Assembly (NCBI GenBank): GCA_001898545.1
Contig: MKUB01000160.1
Coordinates: 1 to 52,655 of the forward strand
Direction: 5' to 3'
Length of the DNA: 52,655 nucleotides
DNA from: Sphingomonadales bacterium 63-6
Lineage (GTDB): Bacteria; Pseudomonadota; Alphaproteobacteria; Sphingomonadales; Sphingomonadaceae
This document shows positions 43,969 through 52,655 of this stretch, piece after piece. Position 1 is the first letter of the stretch; every line of letters begins with the position of its first letter. The translations under genes were made by a program, and so were the position numbers. Under the pieces are notes generated by a model that was given only the letters and a program-made list of their open reading frames with translations, did not search any database and had not been told where the DNA came from.

Positions 43969-45225
43969 TCAGTCTCCCGCCAGACCGGCGGGGATGAGCG
44001 CGAGAGCAAGAAGGATCAGTGCAGCCGATGGCCAGGCCATGATGCCCATGCCCCGCCACATCGCCGCCAGCACGTTTTTACCCTGCTCCGTTTCAGCCCG
44101 CCCCGCAGCGGCATCGTGCTTGAGGCGCAGCGCGTAGATCAGCACGCCAGTCACGGCCAGCCCGGTCAGCCCCGCCCCGAACAGGAACCATAGCAGCCGC
44201 GTGGCAAACCCGCCCCAGCTGCCAAAATGCAGCGGATCGGCGGCTTCGGAAATACGCTGATGCAACGTCAGGTCGGTTCCCCGCAGGCGCTCCACCACGG
44301 CGGAGCTTTCGGGATCGACCATCACGATATTCGCCCGTTCGCGCACCAGCAGCGCCTCGGCATCGCCCATCACCAGAACGCCGCCGGGCTTCTCTTCGGG
44401 AAAATAGACGGAAGTGACGCGCAACGCCGGGTAATCCTGCCGGGCGAGCGCAACGATCTCATCGAGCGCGGGGCCCGCTGCCTGGACCGATGGCAGAGTG
44501 ACCGAAGGCCGCGCGACCGGCGCATGCCCCCCGCCCCATTCGACCAGATACCACAGGCCCGTAACACCGATCAGCGCCACGAACCACAGCAGCCACAGCC
44601 CGGCAAAGCGGTGCAGATCCCCCGTATAGCGTCGCCCGTCGTTCCGGCGGCCGGGCCGGGTACGCGGCAGGCGGAAAAAACCGCGCCACCATTTCTTGTA
44701 CACGAACAGCGCCGTTATCGTGGAGGCCAGCATCGGAATGGCCAGCGCCGTGACGATCGGTATCCCCCAGCGGGTGGGCAGCATCAGGTGCCGGTGCAAT
44801 TCGCGGAACAACCGCTGCGCATTGAACCAGGAGGAAAGCCCCTGCACCTGCGCGGTCCAGGGGTTGATCTGGATGCGGAAGAGCTCCCCATCCCCGCCCA
44901 CTGCCAGGGCTTCTGCCGCGAACCACGGCGCAATCGGCGCGCTGATCCGCTCGATCCGCGCACCACCCGCCGCCGATTGCGCGGCCTCGGCCAGCGCGCC
45001 CCATGAAGCCTGCGGCCCGTCCTGCGGGGCGACCCGCATGGATGGCGTCATCAGCCAGTCGATCTCGTGAGACAGAGTGGCGATAGTTCCGGTCGCGAGG
45101 ATGAAGGCGAGGAACAGGCTGACCTGCAGCCCCGCCCATTGGTGGACGCGCCACCAGAGCGAGCGCCCGGCCTGCTGGTGTTTCTGCTTCTTCTTCACCT
45201 CACCGCTCACCGCCACCGTGGCCAT
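43969..45225 (-). CDS. PepSY-associated TM helix protein (iron-regulated, FoxB/PiuB-like)
   Basis: WRVHQWAG, RELHRHL, DLHRFAG, DPLHFG heme-ligand His motifs; TGATG overlap with the receptor. Confidence 0.88.
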   Translation of the reverse strand: MATVAVSGEVKKKQKHQQAGRSLWWRVHQWAGLQVSLFLAFILATGTIATLSHEIDWLMTPSMRVAPQDGPQASWGALAEAAQSAAGGARIERISAPIAPWFAAEALAVGGDGELFRIQINPWTAQVQGLSSWFNAQRLFRELHRHLMLPTRWGIPIVTALAIPMLASTITALFVYKKWWRGFFRLPRTRPGRRNDGRRYTGDLHRFAGLWLLWFVALIGVTGLWYLVEWGGGHAPVARPSVTLPSVQAAGPALDEIVALARQDYPALRVTSVYFPEEKPGGVLVMGDAEALLVRERANIVMVDPESSAVVERLRGTDLTLHQRISEAADPLHFGSWGGFATRLLWFLFGAGLTGLAVTGVLIYALRLKHDAAAGRAETEQGKNVLAAMWRGMGIMAWPSAALILLALALIPAGLAGD

Positions 45226-47354
45226 CACAGCTTCCAGCGCAACTCGGCAAAGACGGAACGGGGCTCACCCGGGAAATGCCCGGTGCGAGCGACGAAGCCC
45301 GATGCCGCGTAAGTCTTGTCGAAGATATTGTCCACGCGCAGCAGCAGGCTCAACTGCGGCGTGATCTGCTGGATGATCGAGGCATCGAAAATGGCATAGG
45401 GCTTCACCTTCTGCCCATCGATGCTCAGCCGGCTGCTGACATATTCACCGCCCAGCGCGATGGCCGTGCCGGTGGAACGGAACTGATAGCGCGTCCACAG
45501 GCCTGCCTGATGTTCCGGCGCATTGGCAAAGCGATCGCCCACTGCATTGGTCAGCGACTGGCCCGGTACGCTGGCCGTGATGCGCGCATCGTTATAGGCG
45601 TAATTGGCGGTCAGCACCCAGTCGGGCGTGATGTCGGCGGTCAGCTCCAGTTCGAAGCCCTTGCTAGTGACTTCACCGATGGGTGCGAGATCGTCCACGC
45701 CATCGGAGCTGTCGCCATCGGGATCGATCTGCAGCATGTTGCGCCGCTTGATCTGATAGACTGCCGCTGCGCCCTGCAGCTTTCCGCCCAGCAGAGCCAC
45801 TTTCACGCCCGCTTCCACCTGCTCGCCGGTTATCGGGGCGAAGGGCCCTCCGGCCAGCGGGCTTTGCGATGCAACGTCCTGCGGCTCGAACCCTTCGGAC
45901 CAGCTGGCATAAAGCGAGACATCGTCGCGCGGCTTGTAGATCAGCCCGCCGCGGAAGGTCCAATCGCCCGAAGTATAGTCCGTCCCGCCGAGCAGATCCT
46001 CGTCCTCATAACGGTCATAGCGCGCACCGCCGACCACGATCCAGTGATCGGAAAGATGCAACTGGTCCTGCAGATAGAAGCCATAGCGCGTGCTGCGCGT
46101 GTCCGTGGGCCGCTTGGCGATGGCTTCCAGATCATAGAAGGACGCGCCCGACAGGCCATAGACGGGATTGGCCAGGCTCAGCAGGGGGATTTGCGCGAAG
46201 GGCACGGTCCGCCCCCAGAAATCCGCATCCTCCCGATACCAGTCCGCGCCGATCAGCAGCCGGTTGTCGATCCCGGCAATCTGCCGGTCAATCGTGGCGT
46301 TGCCCGCAAAGGTCAGGCCCTTGGTAATACGTTCCTGATCACGCAATTCGCGGCGCGAAGCGTCCACCACGCCATCGGCATCGGTATCCACCAGCCCGCG
46401 CGCCTCGTGATATTGCTGGCGTTCGCGCGCATCGAAATAACGTGTGGCGAGTTCCAGCGCGATGCCGTCCGCCGGTTCGGCCTGCAGCCGCGCCTGATAG
46501 ACAGTGGCGCGCAGGTTCAGGAAATCGGTCTTCTCATTTGTGTTCCAGCTGCGATCCGCCAGGAAATTGCCGTCATTGTCGGTCGGCACGCCGCGCAGCC
46601 GCGCGCCGCGATTCTTCTGGTCGTAATGCGTTACCTGCGCGATCAGCCGTGCATCTTCGCCCAATTTCGCCGTCAGCCCGCCATCCAGGATCAGCGTCTT
46701 TTCCCGCGTGTTGTTACGGAACGGGTCCATCTGCTCATAATAGGCGCCCGCGCGGGCCAGCAGCGTGCCATTGCCCGTGATCGGCCCGGAAATCTCGCCC
46801 GAGGCGCCATAGCGATCGTAAGTGCCGGCCGTCAGCGTGGCCTGCGCCGCCAGTTGCTCAGTGGGGACCTTGGTGACGTAATTGATCAGGCCTCCGGGCT
46901 CGCCGGGGCCATAGAGCATGCCGGAAGGGCCCTTCAGCACTTCCACCCGCGTGATGTTGAACAGCTTGGGCACGGAAAAGGCGATGAAGGGATCGCCGCG
47001 CAGATTATCGTAAAAGACGCGGTCCTGCCGGAAGCCGCGGAACGTGACACCGGAATAGCTGAAATTGGTGATCCCAGCGATGTTGCGATAAAGGTCCGTC
47101 GCATCGCGCGCACCCTGATCGTCGATCAGCGCTTCATTGAGGACGGTCACCGATTGCGGAATGTCGAGCGGATCGCTCGCCCCGCGCGCCACAGATGTCG
47201 ATTCCACACGATAGAGTATCTCGGCCCGGCTGGTGACGATGATCTCATTCGTCCCCTCACTCGCGGCGGCCTCCACTTCGGCGGCATGGGCCAGCGAAGT
47301 GCCGCCCAGGCAAATGGATACCGATACCAGCAGAGAGAGTTTGGTTGCGCTCAT
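45225..47354 (-). CDS. TonB-dependent siderophore receptor
   Basis: DIPQSVTV, RVEVLKGP..LYG..PGGLIN.VTK, NIFDKTY, PGEPR. Confidence 0.92.
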   Translation of the reverse strand: MSATKLSLLVSVSICLGGTSLAHAAEVEAAASEGTNEIIVTSRAEILYRVESTSVARGASDPLDIPQSVTVLNEALIDDQGARDATDLYRNIAGITNFSYSGVTFRGFRQDRVFYDNLRGDPFIAFSVPKLFNITRVEVLKGPSGMLYGPGEPGGLINYVTKVPTEQLAAQATLTAGTYDRYGASGEISGPITGNGTLLARAGAYYEQMDPFRNNTREKTLILDGGLTAKLGEDARLIAQVTHYDQKNRGARLRGVPTDNDGNFLADRSWNTNEKTDFLNLRATVYQARLQAEPADGIALELATRYFDARERQQYHEARGLVDTDADGVVDASRRELRDQERITKGLTFAGNATIDRQIAGIDNRLLIGADWYREDADFWGRTVPFAQIPLLSLANPVYGLSGASFYDLEAIAKRPTDTRSTRYGFYLQDQLHLSDHWIVVGGARYDRYEDEDLLGGTDYTSGDWTFRGGLIYKPRDDVSLYASWSEGFEPQDVASQSPLAGGPFAPITGEQVEAGVKVALLGGKLQGAAAVYQIKRRNMLQIDPDGDSSDGVDDLAPIGEVTSKGFELELTADITPDWVLTANYAYNDARITASVPGQSLTNAVGDRFANAPEHQAGLWTRYQFRSTGTAIALGGEYVSSRLSIDGQKVKPYAIFDASIIQQITPQLSLLLRVDNIFDKTYAASGFVARTGHFPGEPRSVFAELRWKL

Positions 47355-47385
47355 GATTCCCCTTTCGTTGCGCGGCCCCACTAAT

Positions 47386-47404
47386 AATAATCATTCTCAT
47401 TAGC
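47386..47404. promoter_or_regulatory. Fur box (minus strand GCTAATGAGAATGATTATT)
   Basis: 15/19 match to GATAATGATAATCATTATC, about 30 bp upstream of the receptor ATG. Confidence 0.8.
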
Positions 47405-47555
47405 AAGCTAGGATCGGGAAAAATGCTTAGGGCCCCTCGCAGACGCACGGCAACACGCCGCCAATCACGAGAGAGACGAAAACGATACGGAGAAGGTGAG
47501 AAGAGGGCGCCCCCGTAAGGGGAAGTCGCATGGTCCCAACGATGGTCTGGAAAAC

Positions 47556-47630
47556 TGGAGCGGGCGAAGGGATTCGAACCCTCGACCCCAACCTTGGCAA
47601 GGTTGTGCTCTACCCCTGAGCTACGCCCGC
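47556..47630 (-). tRNA. tRNA-Gly (anticodon GCC)
   Basis: GCGGGCGTAGCTCAGGGGTAGAGCACAACCTTGCCAAGGTTG...GGTTCGAATCCCTTCGCCCGCTCCA. Confidence 0.97.
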
Positions 47631-47823
47631 TCTGGCGTTTTACCGACCCGATGTGTCGGTGGGGAGGCGCGCGGTTAGCATCGGTCCCCATACCCTGCAA
47701 GGGGAAAAATCATCTTTCGCCAAGGGAATTTCACTTCCCCGCCCCAATCGCCGTTACCCCTTCACAAATTCGCCCGAAGGTCCACATTAGGCACTTATAT
47801 ATAGCATCAGTGGGAGTACCCTT

Positions 47824-48741
47824 TTGGCAAGCCTGGGCCTCAATCTCGAAGAGCAGAAAGCGGTCGACCGGTTCCGCAACGAAGTTGTCGAACCTTCGAT
47901 GACGAAACTCGTCATTCTCGATTTCTGGGCCGAATGGTGCGGGCCGTGCAAGGCGCTGGCGCCCGTGCTGGAAAAGGTCGCCGCCGAATATGCCGACAAG
48001 GGCGTGATTCTGGCCAAGCTGAATGTGGACGAGGAAGGCTTCATCGCCTCGCAATTCCGCGTGCAGTCCATCCCCACCGTCTATGCCCTGTTCCGCGGCC
48101 AGCCCGTGGCGGACCTCACCAATGCGCGCAGCGAAAGCCAGCTGCGGCAGATGCTGGACCAACTGCTGGAAAAACTGCCGGTGGAAGCCGGCGCGGGCAA
48201 TGAGGCAGAGCATGAACTGGCCCAACTGATCGCCATGGGCGAAGACGTGCTGGCCAGCGGCGATGCCGAACGGGCGCTGGGCGTATTCGCGCAGCTTGCC
48301 GAAATGGCGCCCGATAATGTCCAGGTGCAGGCCGGGCTGATTCGCGTGCTTATGGAACTGGGCGAGATCGACGCAGCCCGCGCCGCGTTCGATGCGCTGC
48401 CCGAGGAGATCAAGGGCGATCCGGCCCTGGCACAGGCGGCCAAGATGCTGGAGCTGACTGCCGATGCCCCGCAGGACGATGGCGAGCTTGCCTCCCTGCG
48501 CGCCGCGGCCGAGGCGAATCCCGCCGATATGGACGCCGCCTTCGCCTATGCGCAGGCCGCCTTTGCCGCCGGTCGGCGCGACGAGGCCGCCGATGCGCTG
48601 CTTTCCATGATTCGCGCAGAGCCGGAATGGAACGAGGGCGCGGCCAAGGCCAAGCTGCTGCAGATCTTCGAGGCGGTGGGCCTGGAAGATCCCTGGGTGG
48701 CCGCCAGGCGCCGCAAGCTTTCGCTGCTGCTGTTCGGCTGA
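47824..48741 (+). CDS. ybbN: Thioredoxin-TPR co-chaperone YbbN/CnoX
   Basis: WAEWCGPCK, VQSIP, TPR helices, RRKLSLLLF; TTG start with GGGAG SD. Confidence 0.9.
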   Translation: MASLGLNLEEQKAVDRFRNEVVEPSMTKLVILDFWAEWCGPCKALAPVLEKVAAEYADKGVILAKLNVDEEGFIASQFRVQSIPTVYALFRGQPVADLTNARSESQLRQMLDQLLEKLPVEAGAGNEAEHELAQLIAMGEDVLASGDAERALGVFAQLAEMAPDNVQVQAGLIRVLMELGEIDAARAAFDALPEEIKGDPALAQAAKMLELTADAPQDDGELASLRAAAEANPADMDAAFAYAQAAFAAGRRDEAADALLSMIRAEPEWNEGAAKAKLLQIFEAVGLEDPWVAARRRKLSLLLFG

Positions 48742-48751
48742 TCCGGCAATA

Positions 48752-49363
48752 ATGTCCGCCAGCCGCCTCTCGATCTTCCCCCTTTCAGGCGCGATCCTGT
48801 TTCCGGGGCTGCAATTGCCGCTGCACATTTTCGAGCCGCGTTATCGCGCGCTCGTGAGCGATGCACTGGCGCGGGACCGGCGGATCGGCATGATCCAGCC
48901 GCAGGTCCAGTCCGAAGGCGCGCCTCTGTTCGCCATCGGCTGCGTGGGCAAGATCGGCGAGGTGGAAGCGCTGGAGGACGGGCGCTTCAACATCGTGCTG
49001 GAAGGCGAAGCGCGCTTCCGCCTGCTGCGCGAACTCGATGTGAAGACCCCCTTCCGCCAGGTGGAAGCCGAATGGCTGGAAGAGGCGGACGAAGTGCTCA
49101 GCTCTGCCGAACGCGCGAGTTTCGAGTTCGAGGCTCGCGAATTCGCCGATCGGCAGGGTTATTCGGTGGATTGGGATTCGGTCTCGCGCCTCGATGACAC
49201 GGCCCTGATCAACGGCGTGAGCCAGATCGCCCCCTTCGATGCGGCGGCCAAGCAGGCCCTGCTGGAAGCGCCCGGCATAAGGATGCGCTGCGAATTGCTG
49301 GTGCAGCTGATGCAATTCTTCGGCCGACATGACGGCATGGATGACCGGGTGACGTTGCAATAA
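48752..49363 (+). CDS. Stand-alone Lon protease N-terminal substrate-binding domain protein
   Basis: IFPL..LFPG..LPLHIFEPRY, DGRFNI, KQALLEA. Confidence 0.9.
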   Translation: MSASRLSIFPLSGAILFPGLQLPLHIFEPRYRALVSDALARDRRIGMIQPQVQSEGAPLFAIGCVGKIGEVEALEDGRFNIVLEGEARFRLLRELDVKTPFRQVEAEWLEEADEVLSSAERASFEFEAREFADRQGYSVDWDSVSRLDDTALINGVSQIAPFDAAAKQALLEAPGIRMRCELLVQLMQFFGRHDGMDDRVTLQ

Positions 49364-49370
49364 TCTGCCG

Positions 49371-49512
49371 ATCCTCCCCATTGGGGGAGGGGGACCGCGC
49401 GAAGCGTGGTGGAGGGGCAGGCGCGGCTCGGCGCGACAATCAATTGGAGCGGAGGAGGCGAGTGCCCCTCCACCATGCTGCGCATGGTCCCCCTCCCCAT
49501 GCTGGGGAGGAT
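49371..49512. repeat. REP-like element, family C (inverted pair CCTCCCC..GGGGAGG)
   Basis: ATCCTCCCCATTGGGGGAGGGGGACC..GTGGAGGGG with its inverted counterpart; between convergent genes. Confidence 0.8.
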
Positions 49513-50148
49513 TTATATCCCGAAGGAACCGCGCAGGCCGTCGATCACATATTGCGCGGCCAATGCCGCCAGCAGCACGCCCAGCAGGCGGGTGATTGCC
49601 GCTTCCACGCTGGCGCCCACCAGCCGGATCAGCGGCGCGGCGAGCAGCAAGGCGCCGAGCGACAGGATCATCACCGCCGCCAGCGCGGCCAGCACCACCA
49701 GCGTCTGTTCCGCCCCATGCGCCTGGCCCACCACCAGCATCACCGTGGCAATGGCCCCCGGCCCGGCCAGCATCGGCATGGCCATGGGGAAGACGGAAAT
49801 ATCCTCGATCTCCGGCGTCTGGGAATTATGAGCGCGGATTTTCTCCGCCCGTTCCTCGCGCCGCTGGGTGCGCTTTTCGAACACCATGTCGATCGCGATG
49901 AAGAACAGCATGATCCCGCCCGCGATGCGGAAGGAATCGAGTTCAATATGCAGCGCGGCCAGCAATTGCTTGCCGAACAGGGCGAAGCCCAGCAGGATCA
50001 GCGTGGCGACCAGCACCGCCTTCACCGCCATGCTGCGCTGCTGGCGCGGCGGCGCCTCTGCCGAAAGCCCGGCATAGATCGGCGCGCAGCCCGGCGGATC
50101 GATCACCACGAACAGGGTGATGAAGGCCGAGATGAACAGTTCGATCAT
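49513..50148 (-). CDS. marC: MarC-family membrane protein
   Basis: VIDPPG, FRIAGG, FPMAMPMLAGPG, RLLGVLLAALA. Confidence 0.9.
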   Translation of the reverse strand: MIELFISAFITLFVVIDPPGCAPIYAGLSAEAPPRQQRSMAVKAVLVATLILLGFALFGKQLLAALHIELDSFRIAGGIMLFFIAIDMVFEKRTQRREERAEKIRAHNSQTPEIEDISVFPMAMPMLAGPGAIATVMLVVGQAHGAEQTLVVLAALAAVMILSLGALLLAAPLIRLVGASVEAAITRLLGVLLAALAAQYVIDGLRGSFGI

Positions 50149-50852
50149 TGCGCCCTTCCGGGTGCGGACGCCGCGCTGCTCAGCACCTCTTCCATGCCCG
50201 CTTCATGGCGAAGCGAAACGCGGATCGTGCGGGCGAAATCGGGCGCCACCTCCACTTGCCAGCTCAGCGAGCCGTCCGTGGCGCTGCCGGAAAGGCCATC
50301 TGCCGCAACCGGCGAAAGCGATATTTCGGAAGGCCGGGGCCCGCCGGGCAAACGCGCGGGGCAATCGGCCACATCGGTCTGCACCAGATCGGGCTCGGTC
50401 AAGGGCTGGGCCAGCGTATCGCCGAAATCGACCAGCCATTTATAGGCGCCATCCTGCTGGCGCTGCCACACGGTGACGAAATAGCCGACCTGCCCATCCG
50501 GCAAGGTCCAACCGCCTTTCGACACGGCGACTGACCCGTCGCAGCTCGACCATATCTGATAGGGCGCCCAGGAAAGCTGCGCTTCCGCGCCCTTCTTTTC
50601 TTTCAGCCAGCGTTGCACCGGAACCGGTCCGGGCGCGAAGATCAGCGCGCTCTTCGCCGAATATTCGGCGAAGGCAGCCCGCTGGCCCTTTTCCCGCGCG
50701 GTGCGGGCAAAGCTCAGCTCGGTTGCCACCACCTGGCCGGGATTGGCGGAGGGGCGCAGCATGGGGCTGCGCCCGCCCGGCCCACGCGGCCCGCCCGCGC
50801 CGGTGCAGGCGGCCAGCGCCAGCACCGAAACGAGGGCGAGCGCGCGGCGCAT
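50145..50852 (-). CDS. Lipoprotein with DUF4440/NTF2-like domain
   Basis: Lipobox LAAC, ELSFAR, LSWAP, SCDG, VTVWQRQ..YKW..D.G. Confidence 0.75.
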   Translation of the reverse strand: MRRALALVSVLALAACTGAGGPRGPGGRSPMLRPSANPGQVVATELSFARTAREKGQRAAFAEYSAKSALIFAPGPVPVQRWLKEKKGAEAQLSWAPYQIWSSCDGSVAVSKGGWTLPDGQVGYFVTVWQRQQDGAYKWLVDFGDTLAQPLTEPDLVQTDVADCPARLPGGPRPSEISLSPVAADGLSGSATDGSLSWQVEVAPDFARTIRVSLRHEAGMEEVLSSAASAPGRAQ

Positions 50853-51742
50853 CACAGCGCGTCTTCGTCCAGCGCGATATTCTCGCGGCGATAGGCGGAG
50901 ACCAGCGCATTGCGCAGCAGCACGGCAATGGTCATGGGGCCGACGCCGCCGGGCACCGGCGTGATGGCGCCGGCCACTTCGCGAGCGGAATCGAAATCGA
51001 CATCGCCCACCAGCTTGGTCTTGCCGTCTTCCCCGTCAACGCGGTTGATGCCCACGTCGATCACGGTGGCGCCGGGCTTGATCCAGTCACCCTTGACCAT
51101 TTCCGGGCGGCCCACGGCGGCCACCACGATGTCCGCGCGCTTTACCACTTCGGGCAGGTTCGCGGTGCGGCTATGCGCGATGGTGACAGTGGCGTTGGCA
51201 TCGGTGAGGAGCTGCGCCATCGGCTTGCCGACGATGTTGGAACGGCCGATCACCACGGCATCCTTGCCCGACAGATCGCCCAGACGATCCTTCAGCAGCA
51301 TCAGGCAGCCCAGCGGCGTGCAGGGCACGAAGCCCTTCTGGCCGACAGAGAGACGGCCCGCATTGATGATGTGGAAGCCATCGACATCCTTGTCGGGATC
51401 GATGGTGGAAATCACGGCCTGCTCGTCCAGCCCCTTGGGCAGGGGCAGCTGCACCAGAATGCCGTCCACGGCGGGATCGGCGTTCAGTTCTTCGACCTTG
51501 GCGATCAGATCCGCCTCGCTCGCATCGGCAGGCATCTTGTATTCGAAGCTGTTCATGCCGGCGGCAGTGGTGGCCTTGCCCTTGGACCGGACATAGACCT
51601 GGCTGGCCGGGTCTTCGCCCACCAGAACCACGGCGAGGCCCGCCTTGCGGCCTGCCTTCGCCTCGAATTCGTCGGCGAACTTGGCGATCTTCTGACGCAG
51701 CCCTTCTGCGAAGGCCTTACCGTCGATCAATGCGGCACTCAT
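50852..51742 (-). CDS. folD: Methylene-THF dehydrogenase/cyclohydrolase
   Basis: [47 protein letters not shown]. Confidence 0.97.
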   Translation of the reverse strand: MSAALIDGKAFAEGLRQKIAKFADEFEAKAGRKAGLAVVLVGEDPASQVYVRSKGKATTAAGMNSFEYKMPADASEADLIAKVEELNADPAVDGILVQLPLPKGLDEQAVISTIDPDKDVDGFHIINAGRLSVGQKGFVPCTPLGCLMLLKDRLGDLSGKDAVVIGRSNIVGKPMAQLLTDANATVTIAHSRTANLPEVVKRADIVVAAVGRPEMVKGDWIKPGATVIDVGINRVDGEDGKTKLVGDVDFDSAREVAGAITPVPGGVGPMTIAVLLRNALVSAYRRENIALDEDAL

Positions 51743-52029
51743 GCATAACTCCCGAGATTGGACAGAATGATTGCGAGGATGCGCAGAAGGATCAGCAGCA
51801 CCATCGGGGAAAAGTCGATCATCCCGGTATCGGGCATGATCCGGCGGATCGGATTGAGCATCGGATCCAGAATGGCATTCACCGCCCGCCACAGCGAGGC
51901 GACGAGATTGTTCTGCATGTTCACGACATTGAACGAGATCAGCAGGCTGAGCACGAACTGCACGATCACGATGACCGTTACGATCGACATCAGGTAGAGC
52001 ACGATTTCCAGCAGCGTCAGGGCTACCAT
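51739..52029 (-). CDS. yggT: YggT-family membrane protein
   Basis: P.RRIMP..IDFSP; GGAGGA SD. Confidence 0.9.
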   Translation of the reverse strand: MVALTLLEIVLYLMSIVTVIVIVQFVLSLLISFNVVNMQNNLVASLWRAVNAILDPMLNPIRRIMPDTGMIDFSPMVLLILLRILAIILSNLGSYA

Positions 52030-52106
52030 CAAGAATTCCTCCAGGCGGTCACGCGGGCGGCGAACCTAGCCGAGCCGGGCAAAGTGTATCAACCGCATAA
52101 TACGCA

Positions 52107-52637
52107 TCACTGCGCCCATTCCAGTCTTTCGATATGCCAGGCCAGCTGCCAGTCTTCCGCGCCGGGAACATCGTTCACGCGCTTCATGGTCAGCGTGCCC
52201 TGCCGCGTCACCTTGCCGCCATCGGCCACCAGAGTGACGGGCAATTCATAATAGAGCGAGCCTGCCGCCCCTTCCACTTCGCCATGGCCGAAGGCGAAGA
52301 TCGGGCCGGGCGCATCGCCCATCAGCGCCTTGAGCTTCGCCCCGTCCATCGAGCCCTTGCGCCAGGCCAGCGCGGCATCGTCCCACTTGCCGTCAGCAAG
52401 CTGTTGCGAAAACCATGCCAGCACCCGGTCGGGATTCTCGCGTTCCTGCAGAACCGAGAAACCGGCCGGGGCCGCAGGCGTTTCAGCGGGCGAAGCATCG
52501 GGCGAACCCTCAGGTGACGGCGCCGCATTCTCGCTTGCCTCACCCGCGGCGGGAGTTTCCGCGCTCTGCTGGCAGGCGGCCAGAGCCAGCAGAGCGGTGC
52601 CTGCAAGGCTTCGCGTCAGAAGAGCCGCCGCGCGCAT
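52107..52637 (-). CDS. Hypothetical lipoprotein
   Basis: Lipobox LAAC, EGAAGSLYY, RVNDVPGA..QLAWHI. Confidence 0.75.
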   Translation of the reverse strand: MRAAALLTRSLAGTALLALAACQQSAETPAAGEASENAAPSPEGSPDASPAETPAAPAGFSVLQERENPDRVLAWFSQQLADGKWDDAALAWRKGSMDGAKLKALMGDAPGPIFAFGHGEVEGAAGSLYYELPVTLVADGGKVTRQGTLTMKRVNDVPGAEDWQLAWHIERLEWAQ

Positions 52638-52655
52638 CAGTCCGCCCGGATCAGC
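52637..52655 (-). CDS. 3-prime end of an upstream gene (..LIRAD-stop), possibly argB by usual synteny
   Basis: TGA overlaps the next ATG (TGATG); only 5 codons visible. Confidence 0.3.

Noticed and set aside
45276-47384. 702-aa plus-strand ORF, and similar long ORFs at 19697-21751, 29768-31732, 14795-16411, 35983-37368 and 40255-41802
   Set aside because: Antisense shadows of real genes caused by high-GC codon bias; no recognisable motifs
1-49512. Recurrent palindromes as a possible CRISPR array or IS ends
   Set aside because: Dispersed single doublets with no repeat-spacer periodicity; no cas or transposase genes

Overview
High-GC alphaproteobacterial chromosome segment, most consistent with a sphingomonad (Erythrobacteraceae/Sphingomonadaceae) from gene content, gene order and REP types. 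Bases ~170-13500 hold a lignin-derived aromatic catabolic cluster. Its core resembles the Novosphingobium aromaticivorans beta-5 (phenylcoumaran) locus: a LigN-like Calpha-dehydrogenase, an MFS transporter, a PcfL/LdpA-like gamma-formaldehyde lyase, a FerD-like aldehyde dehydrogenase and the LigW decarboxylase. Added to it are a VAO/eugenol-oxidase-type flavoprotein, a tandem pair of SnoaL/BaiE-like paralogs, a benzoylformate-decarboxylase-like ThDP enzyme, a quinone reductase-like protein and a second MFS. Two promoters share a candidate operator. The rest is largely housekeeping: degP-hflC-hflK, mrp-iorB-like-hemH, rsmB, msrA, aguB, folK, tRNA-Lys, manC/manA, a telA operon, an EPS priming glycosyltransferase with PhaR-like boxes, dcd, Zur-box and Fur-box TonB receptors, tRNA-Gly, ybbN, marC, folD and yggT. 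Three families of intergenic palindromic repeats are present. I found no transposase, integrase, prophage or CRISPR array. All homology calls come from motif recognition and recalled sequences, not database searches.
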